From NCBI RefSeq assembly GCF_002087085.1, contig NZ_MWQY01000018.1, positions 1 to 64,000 on the forward strand: DNA of 64,000 bases, read 5' to 3'. The notes below the pieces were generated by a model. The model was not told the DNA's origin. It saw nothing but the letters and a program-made list of their open reading frames with translations, and did no database searches. A program made the translations under genes and the position numbers. Positions 56,715-64,000 of the stretch are shown here, piece by piece. How positions within the stretch are numbered: the stretch's first letter is position 1; the number at the start of each line of letters is the position of its first letter.

Positions 56715-59700
56715 ATGATAACATCAGGATTATATGAATCCCTCATCACCCGCATGCTTCAGGAACGTCTGGAAGAGCTTGACGGGTCCTTTTACATAGC
56801 AAAACAGTCCGTGGACTCCGCAGAGGCTGCCGGATATTTATCCCGATTTTTATCCCGGATTCTTTTTTTGTCTTTGAATCTCTGCCTGATCATGAAGATC
56901 GCCTGCTGACTCAAGTAGATCTTGCCAACGCTTTAGTAAAATGGCTGGCTGAGTATTTAAACAAGGCAGAACTCTCTGAAAATTTACTTGTGTCTCAGGG
57001 AGAGATTCTCACAGCTTTGTTTGAAACCCAGAACCCGCTTGCCAAAGATTTGAAAGCATATGTTTCCAGGATTACTCCACAGACCGGCCTGGTTCAAAGC
57101 GAGCTGTTTACCGGAAGCAATGCCGGTCTATCCCTTGAATCGGAACTGAAACGTGAAATCCTCTCATCCAATGAAATATGCTGGCTTGTATCCTTTATAA
57201 AATGGACAGGGATTCGGATTTTCTCGGATGTGCTTAAAGAGGCTGCGAGCAATGGAACAAAGTTGAGAATAATCACGACTTCATATATGGGAGCAACTGA
57301 TCAAAAGGCTGTAGACTTTCTTGCGGATCTTCCCAATACGGAAGTGCGTCTGAGTTATAATACCGAAAGGGAACGCCTGCATGCAAAAGCTTATCTGTTT
57401 TTGCGAAACACCGGTTTTAATACCGGGTATATCGGTTCTTCAAATCTCTCCCGATCTGCTTTAACAAACGGACTCGAGTGGAATCTTAAGGTTACAACCG
57501 GGGAAATTCCACATATTATAGAAAAGTTCAAATCAACCTTTGAAACCTACTGGGTTTCTTCTGATTTTGAACAATACAATAATCAAGATAATTCACATCG
57601 CTCGAGGTTGAAAAAGGCGCTTCAATTCGAGCGCGGTGGTGAATCCTTAGACCCGGACGACCCGGTCTTTTTTACCATTGAACCTCACTCATACCAGAAG
57701 GATATTCTTGAACAACTGCATGTAGAGCGGACTGTACATAAGCGTTACCGTAACCTTGTGGTGGCTGCAACAGGGACAGGAAAAACGGTTATATCTGCCT
57801 TTGATTTTCGATCGTATTACAGGAAGAATCCTTCGGCTCGCCTGCTTTATGTCGCGCATCGCGAAGAAATCCTTCGCCAGGCACGTGCGACATTCAGAGC
57901 AGTTCTGGGTCTGCACTCTTTCGGTGAACTATGGGTCGGGAGTCATGAGCCGGATAACTTCAGACAGCTTTTTGTCTCAGTTCAGACTCTAAACAACAGG
58001 ATTGAAACCCTAAACTTTGATTCCGATTATTATGACTTCATTATCATTGACGAAGTTCATCATATTGCAGCAGAAAGCTATCGGCCCATATTATATCAGT
58101 TCCAGCCGGGAGTTTTACTGGGATTAACAGCCACCCCGGAACGCCATGACGGCACGGATATTCTGGAAGATTTCTGTGGAGTTATTGCCGCAGAACTCCG
58201 GCTTCCGGAGGCAATCAACCTTCGATATCTTTGCCCTTTTCAATACTTCGGAATCGACGATCCTGTTGATCTGTCAAATGTACAGTGGGTCAGAGGAAGA
58301 TACTTACCATCAGAGTTGACCAATATTTACATGGCCAATGATCAGCGGGTCGACCATATTCTTCGTTCCATGAAAGATATTCTGGTTAATCTGAAGGCAA
58401 TTAAGGCGCTGGCATTTTGCGTTTCCCAGGAGCATGCGCAATTCATGGCGGAAAAATTCGTTCTCAATGGAATCAAGGCGGCTGTTTTAACGAGCAGGAA
58501 TTCACCCGATCGTACCAGGCTTCGCGATCAGCTGGTTCAGGGCAAAATAAATATTCTCTGTGTGGTGGATATATTCAATGAGGGTGTGGACATTCCGGAA
58601 ATCGATACGGTACTTTTTCTTCGCCCAACGGAAAGTCTTACAATCTTCCTTCAACAGTTGGGCCGGGGGCTTCGCCTGGTTAATGACAAGGAATGTTTAA
58701 CGGTTCTCGATTTTGTCGGAAATGCCCACGCTGAGTATGACTTTTCCAGAAAATTTCGAGCCCTGGTCGGAAAATCCCATATTTCAATCATCGATGAAGT
58801 GGAAGAAGGTTTTCCGCATCTGCCCCTGGGGTGCTCAATCGTTCTACAGAAGCAGGCGAAAGAAATAATACTTCAAAATATCAAAAACGCAATTGTGAAT
58901 CAGCGTAAAATTATTTCATGGATTCGAAGCTACCCGCTGCATACATCACAGAATCTGACCATCACCAATTTCTTGCGGCTCTTTCCGCAGGTATCAATCG
59001 AGGATATCTATAAAAATAAAATTGATGGTGGAGGCGGATGGTCACGCCTCTGCGTCAAGGCCGGATTTACCGAGGATACTCTCAATAAAAAGCTCGAACG
59101 GGCGATCTTCCGAGGTATATCAAACCGGCTTCTTCAATGCACTTCACAGTCATATCTATCCTTTGTCAGGAAATTAATCATAAACGGTTCCTGGGATACA
59201 ACAAATCCCATTGAAAACCAGATGGCTCTGATGGCCCACTATGATTTCTGGCAGAAGCCGGGGAGTGAACTCGGGTTTTCATCTTTACAGGAATCCCTGG
59301 GCGCTCTGTTGCAGGATTCCCGCCTGAAGATAGAATGTTTTGATGTAATCAATCATCTTCTCGAGCGCCTGAAAACGGATGAAAAACCTATGATCATTGG
59401 ATTTCCAACGGCCCTGCATCTCCATTCCCGTTATACCCGGGATGAGATTCTATCGGCCTTTGGAATACACCGGTTTGGGAAGAAAAGCAGCAGCCGTGAA
59501 GGCGCAGTAGAAATAAAAACTTTGAATTGCGAACTTCTCTTTGTAACCCTTAAGAAAACGGTAAAAAATTTTTCACCCACCACGCTCTACCACGACTACG
59601 CAATCAGTGAAGATCTTTTTCACTGGCAGTCACATAATGCTGCCCGGCCTGACAAAGGGAGAGGATTATCCTATGTTCAGCACCGTATACGTGGGAAAAA

Positions 59701-59884
59701 AATCATCCTTTTTGTGCGGGAGCAGATTCTGGATGAATACGGCCGGGCTATGGGTTTTATAAATCTTGGACCTGTTAATCTGGAATCCTGTCATGACAGC
59801 CGGCCGATGAACATAATCTGGCGTCTGGAAGAACCTCTTCCGCCATATCTCTGGAATGACGCGGCAAAAATGGCGGTGGGATAA
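56715..59884 (+). pseudogene. SauUSI-like PLD nuclease, SF2 helicase, DUF3427 protein, interrupted by a -1 frameshift at T7 (56863-56869); about 1056 aa if restored
   Basis: LHAKAY..GSSNLS (PLD), ATGTGKT, DEVHH, TATPER, QQLGRGLR, FHWQS; the 5' ORF 56715-56909 continues in the main frame after the T run. Confidence 0.8.
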
Positions 59885-59995
59885 GCAACCTGCGTAACGC
59901 CACCAGAAATGATTCCCGGTAGAATCTGCTCATCCTATTCTGGTATATGAAATTGAAGAAGATCTGATAAGGATCATTGCCTGCAGTTTTCATTA

Positions 59996-60538
59996 TTAGG
60001 TCTGGAACGCCTCTTCCCCCACCCGCAGCTCGAAGATATCCACGTCAATGTAGCGGCCGAACTTGCAGCCCACCTCCCGCAGGGTTCCCACGTGGCGAAA
60101 GCCGAAACGCCGGTGAAGGGCAAGGCTCGCGGCGTTGCCTTCGGCTATGCGGGAGATCAGCATATGCAGTCCCTCCCGGCGGGCGATCTCAATAAGCTGC
60201 TCCAGCAGACGGCCTCCCAGGCCCCGCTTCTGATGCGCCGGGTCCACATAGATGGAGACCTCCGCCGTGCTGTCGTAGGCTTTTTTTTCCGACCAGCGGG
60301 AAAGAGACCCCCAGGCGGCGACATCCCCGGATTCCTCATGAAGGACTGCAAAAACCGGGTGGGAGCCGTCATGGGCTGCCAGCCAGGCGCGGCGCTCTTC
60401 CAGGCTTTTTGGTTCGGTGTCGAAGGTGGCGGTGCTTGTCTCCACGGCCTGGTTGTAGATGCGCCGGATTCCCTCCAGGTCGCCCTCTTCAGCGGCGGCG
60501 CAGCGGTATCCTGCGGGAAGGCTGATTTCAGATCCCAT
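59996..60538 (-). CDS. GNAT N-acetyltransferase (phosphinothricin acetyltransferase/YncA-like)
   Basis: IYNQAV..TATFD, EVSIYV, GLG, NAASLALH, VGCKFGR. Confidence 0.9.
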   Translation of the reverse strand: MGSEISLPAGYRCAAAEEGDLEGIRRIYNQAVETSTATFDTEPKSLEERRAWLAAHDGSHPVFAVLHEESGDVAAWGSLSRWSEKKAYDSTAEVSIYVDPAHQKRGLGGRLLEQLIEIARREGLHMLISRIAEGNAASLALHRRFGFRHVGTLREVGCKFGRYIDVDIFELRVGEEAFQT

Positions 60539-61787
60539 AGATCAGCCGCAGCTCCTCTGCCATTATCTCGATGCCCCGGCGCACGTCTTCACTGTTCTGG
60601 GCGTAGCTTACCCGCAGGCACTGGTCCCGGTGGGGCCAGGGGTCGTCGTTACCGAAAAAGAAGTAGGAGCCGGGAATAACCAGGACGTTTCGTTTTTTCA
60701 GGCGCCGGTAGAGTTCGATGCTGCTGACGGGCAGATCCTTGAACCAGAGCCAGAGAAAGATGGACCCTTCGCTCACGTGGATCGAATAGGGAAGCCCGGC
60801 AAAGGCTTCGTCCATTAGCTTCATGGTTTCCCGGGATTTTTTCAGGTAGAAGGGCCGCACCACCTCGCTGCTCAGGCGCAGCAGCTCGCCGTTTTCCAGG
60901 AGCGGGGCGGTTATCACCTGGCCGATGCTGGAATTGGCCAGGCTCAAAATGGCGTTTACCCCCGACAGGGCCTCGATAATCTCCGCGGAAGCCACGATAA
61001 TACCGGTGCGGGATGCGGGGAGTCCGATCTTCGAGAGGCTCATGCTTAAGATTATATGCTCGTCCCAGATCAGGTTGGCGTCGGTAAAGATGATATTCGG
61101 AAAAGGCGCTCCATAGGCATTGTCCACGATCAGGGGAATCCCCTTCTCCGCGGTCCGCTCAGAAAGCACCGCAAGCTCCTGGTCGGTTATTACGTTTCCC
61201 GTGGGATTCGTGGGCCGGGAGACGCAGACCGCCCCGATATCCGGACCGATCTCCAGGTTGTCCAGGTCGGGATGGTATTTGAACCTGTTGCCCGGCAGCT
61301 CCTCTATGCGGGGCTTCCGGGCGGTAAAGATGCCCTCCTCAATGGCCTGGTCGGCGTAGCCGATGTACTCAGGCAACAGCGGGAAGAGGATCTTCCTCAT
61401 CTTCCCGGATTCATCGGTTCCGCCGAACATGTTCAGAAGGCAGAAGAAGGCGCTCTGGCTGCCGTTGGTAATGGCGATGTTTTCAGGGCCGATTTTCCAG
61501 CCGTACTCCCGGTTCAGCATCCCCGAAAGGGCCTTGAGAAAGCTCTCCTTTCCCTGGGGAGTGTCGTAATTGGCGACCATGCGCTCGTATTCGCTGCCGT
61601 TGGACAGGATATGCTCCATGCGTTCCCGCCAGAGGGCGTTGACCTCAGGAATGTGGGCCGGATTCCCGCCCCCCAGCATATAGACCTTCTCGTCGGTCTG
61701 CAGGGCTTCGCCCATGTCCTTCATCAATCCCGAAATACCGGATGGAGAGGTAAATTTTGTTCCGAACCTGGATAAAGGGTACTTCAT
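60528..61787 (-). CDS. avtA: Valine--pyruvate transaminase
   Basis: [45 protein letters not shown]. Confidence 0.93.
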   Translation of the reverse strand: MKYPLSRFGTKFTSPSGISGLMKDMGEALQTDEKVYMLGGGNPAHIPEVNALWRERMEHILSNGSEYERMVANYDTPQGKESFLKALSGMLNREYGWKIGPENIAITNGSQSAFFCLLNMFGGTDESGKMRKILFPLLPEYIGYADQAIEEGIFTARKPRIEELPGNRFKYHPDLDNLEIGPDIGAVCVSRPTNPTGNVITDQELAVLSERTAEKGIPLIVDNAYGAPFPNIIFTDANLIWDEHIILSMSLSKIGLPASRTGIIVASAEIIEALSGVNAILSLANSSIGQVITAPLLENGELLRLSSEVVRPFYLKKSRETMKLMDEAFAGLPYSIHVSEGSIFLWLWFKDLPVSSIELYRRLKKRNVLVIPGSYFFFGNDDPWPHRDQCLRVSYAQNSEDVRRGIEIMAEELRLIYGI

Positions 61788-61920
61788 GGCCGTTATCTCC
61801 CTTTCTTCATCTGCATGTCGAGGTGTTGCGGCATCCTATCACAATTCCCGCCTTTTGAGTACCGCGGAAGCCCCGGTCAAAACGCTTGACCGTCTTCCCC
61901 GGGACGGGTATTTTGCCTGT

Positions 61921-63078
61921 ATGTACAGAGTTTACCCCTTCTCGGCCCTGGTCGGTCAGGAAGACCTTAAAACAGCCCTGCTTCTCTGCGCCGTCGACCC
62001 CGGTATCGGGGGGCTCCTTATCCAGGGAGACAAGGGAACAGCCAAGACAACCGCAGTCAGGGGCCTTGCGGCCCTGCTGGAAGAATATAGACCCCTGCCC
62101 AGGGAGGAGAGCCTGGTACTGGAGGGCGACATGCCCGGCAGTGTTCCCCTCCGGGGATCCATTCTGACGGAGCTTCCCTTGAACGCCACGGAAGACCGTA
62201 TAACCGGCTCGATTCACCTGGAGAGTATCCTGAAAGAGGGCACCCGCCGCTTCGAACCGGGTCTTCTGGCCCAGGCCCACGGGGGAATCCTCTACGTTGA
62301 CGAAGTCAATCTGCTGGAAAGCCATCTTGTGGATATCCTGCTGGATGCAGCTGCCACCGGTATCAACCGGGTGGAACGGGAGGGGATCTCCATAAGCCAC
62401 CCCTCGCAGTTCATCCTGGTGGGTACCATGAACCCCGAAGAGGGGGACCTGCGACCCCAGTTTCTGGACCGCTTCGGGTTCACCATCTTCATAAGCGGCC
62501 TCCATGATCTGGAGGAACGTAAGGAGATCGTCAGCCGACGTCTGGATTTTGACGCCGATCCCGAGGGCTTTTGCGACCGCTGGCTGGAAGACGATGCCCT
62601 GACGGCAGAGATGCTCAGGAAAGCCCGCGAGAACCTTACGGACATAGAAGTACCCGAATCCTCCCGTCACCTTATCGCGGAGCTCTGCAGCCGTGCCGGG
62701 GTCATGGGACACCGGGCGGACATTACCCTTACCAGGGGAGCCCGCGCCCTGGCGGCCCTGGTGGAGGCTCCCGCAGTTACCGGAAACCACGTAAAAGCCA
62801 TGGCCCGCTTTGTACTCCCCCACCGGATTCCCCACTCCGGCGTTGAGGGCTTCAAGGACCTGGCGGACAGGACCGAGCAGCTTATCGGCGGTGCAGGCGG
62901 CGGGGGAAGCGCGCAGGTCGAGACCGGCAGCTTTGTCCCCGGAGACGACGGTTCCCTGGATGATCCCTACGACAATACCGAGATCCCCGGAGGTGCCGCC
63001 GCGGGGAGCCTTGTTTTCGATCACTTTAAAAAAAAACGGCGGACGAGCCCCGGGATACCTCAGGGCTCACCGAAATAA
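61921..63078 (+). CDS. ChlI-like chelatase AAA+ ATPase (385 aa; unshifted product of a frameshifted chlD-like gene)
   Basis: [45 protein letters not shown]. Confidence 0.92.
   Translation: MYRVYPFSALVGQEDLKTALLLCAVDPGIGGLLIQGDKGTAKTTAVRGLAALLEEYRPLPREESLVLEGDMPGSVPLRGSILTELPLNATEDRITGSIHLESILKEGTRRFEPGLLAQAHGGILYVDEVNLLESHLVDILLDAAATGINRVEREGISISHPSQFILVGTMNPEEGDLRPQFLDRFGFTIFISGLHDLEERKEIVSRRLDFDADPEGFCDRWLEDDALTAEMLRKARENLTDIEVPESSRHLIAELCSRAGVMGHRADITLTRGARALAALVEAPAVTGNHVKAMARFVLPHRIPHSGVEGFKDLADRTEQLIGGAGGGGSAQVETGSFVPGDDGSLDDPYDNTEIPGGAAAGSLVFDHFKKKRRTSPGIPQGSPK
63028..63068 (+). other. -1 frameshift signal: A9 run plus downstream hairpin
   Basis: TTT AAA AAA AAA followed 8 nt later by GAGCCC-N12-GGGCTC. 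Confidence 0.8.
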
Positions 63079-63875
63079 GCCTTCCTGAAAACCTGGAGGT
63101 CTTTCACGGTCGCTTTGCCGCCAAGGGACAGCGCATGGAAGAGAGCCCCCGTGGCCGGGGGCGCCAGGTACGGAGCCGGAAGGCCCGGGACCTGAAAGGG
63201 GGCATCGCCCTGCGGGATACCATCTACCGGGCGGCCCTGGAGGGGATCAGCGACGCGGCGGGAAAGCTGCATATCGGCCCTGAGTCCCTGCGCGAGGCGG
63301 TGCGGGTCGAGCCTTCGGGATTCACGGTCATCTTTACGGTGGATGCCTCGGACTCCATGGGTTCGGTTGAGCGCCTGGCCGCGGCCAAAGGAGCCGCCCT
63401 CTACCTCTTGAGCCAGGCCTATGTACGGCGCCTCAAGGTCGGCATGGTTGTCTTTCGGGGAGAATCGGCCTATACGGTCCTGGAACCCACCTCCAGCCTC
63501 TCCCTGGTTCGCCGGCAGCTGGCAGCTCTTTCCATCGGCGAAGCCACCCCCCTGGCGGCGGGACTGGTAAAAAGCCGGGAGCTTGCGCTGCAGGTTCTGG
63601 ACCGGGACGGTTCCGGCACGGCCCTTATCGCGGTCCTTACCGACGGGGAGGCCAACGTACCCCTCACCCGGGGCCGGATGACCCACGAGGAGCTCTACGA
63701 AATGGCGCCGTCCCTTGTTCATCCCCGCATCCGGTACCTCTTTCTCGACACATCCCCGGGAGAACCGGGGGCCCTTATCCGCCGCCTTGCAGCTCAGACG
63801 GGGGGACGATACCTGCACCTGAACACCGGAGAGAGCGGCGATCTGATCAAGGCCCTCAAAGGGCAGAAAGGCTGA
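63030..63875 (+). CDS. vWA domain of a ChlD-like subunit (-1 frame continuation; fusion 61921..63875 about 651 aa)
   Basis: [29 protein letters not shown]; frame open from the A9 run to 63875. Confidence 0.85.
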   Translation, partial: KKTADEPRDTSGLTEISLPENLEVFHGRFAAKGQRMEESPRGRGRQVRSRKARDLKGGIALRDTIYRAALEGISDAAGKLHIGPESLREAVRVEPSGFTVIFTVDASDSMGSVERLAAAKGAALYLLSQAYVRRLKVGMVVFRGESAYTVLEPTSSLSLVRRQLAALSIGEATPLAAGLVKSRELALQVLDRDGSGTALIAVLTDGEANVPLTRGRMTHEELYEMAPSLVHPRIRYLFLDTSPGEPGALIRRLAAQTGGRYLHLNTGESGDLIKALKGQKG

Positions 63876-63939
63876 AAGTTTTCCCGGGAAAGCAGTGGCC
63901 GCCTTGTACCATCCGGCCCCGCCATGACAGAATGGGAGC

Positions 63940-64000
63940 ATGGACCAGGAACTGCTGCGACAATGGATACTCGAACACGGAGAGGAGCGCTTCGCCCGCT
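63940..64000 (+). CDS. 5' end of a gene truncated by the window edge (MDQELLRQWILEHGEERFAR); possibly ArfB/YaeJ-like
   Basis: ATG 63940, open to the edge; 'ERFAR' resembles the segment before the SGGPGGQ motif, but the motif itself is outside the window. Confidence 0.35.
   Translation, partial: MDQELLRQWILEHGEERFAR

Noticed and set aside
1..64000. CRISPR arrays, tRNA/rRNA genes, transposases, integrases, known riboswitches
   Set aside because: None recognised by eye; a covariance-model scan would be needed to exclude divergent RNAs.

Overview
A 64-kb bacterial chromosome segment, mostly GC-rich housekeeping and transport genes. The gene content suggests a free-living spirochaete (Spirochaetia): long thymidine kinase, BMP nucleoside ABC operon, GAF-GGDEF cyclase, and 'AGxQ' signal-peptide ends; this taxonomy is inference. 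Core genes include pheST, a nucleoside ABC operon with cdd, degP, hsp20, pth, tdk, an otsAB fusion, purL, a TAXI-TRAP transporter, pepD, rsmE, feoAB and avtA. Three stretches are visibly AT-richer (judged by eye). (i) ~22.0-29.9 kb: a sigma54-driven sugar ABC/lactonase operon, divergent from an NtrC-family regulator and an unusual soluble histidine kinase whose N-terminal input is a sugar-ABC ATPase domain. (ii) ~38.6-41.1 kb: a PD-(D/E)XK nuclease next to a catalytically dead DnaB C-terminal-domain homologue. (iii) ~56.7-60.0 kb: a SauUSI-like PLD-helicase-DUF3427 gene split by a frameshift in a T7 run. Features not in the ORF track are a complete Phe-rich leader-peptide attenuator upstream of pheS, a -1 frameshift signal (A9 plus hairpin) joining a ChlI-like AAA+ ORF to a vWA ORF, two sigma54 promoters, and several apparently leaderless transcripts. 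No rRNA, tRNA, CRISPR array or transposase was recognised. All family assignments come from motif recognition, not database searches.
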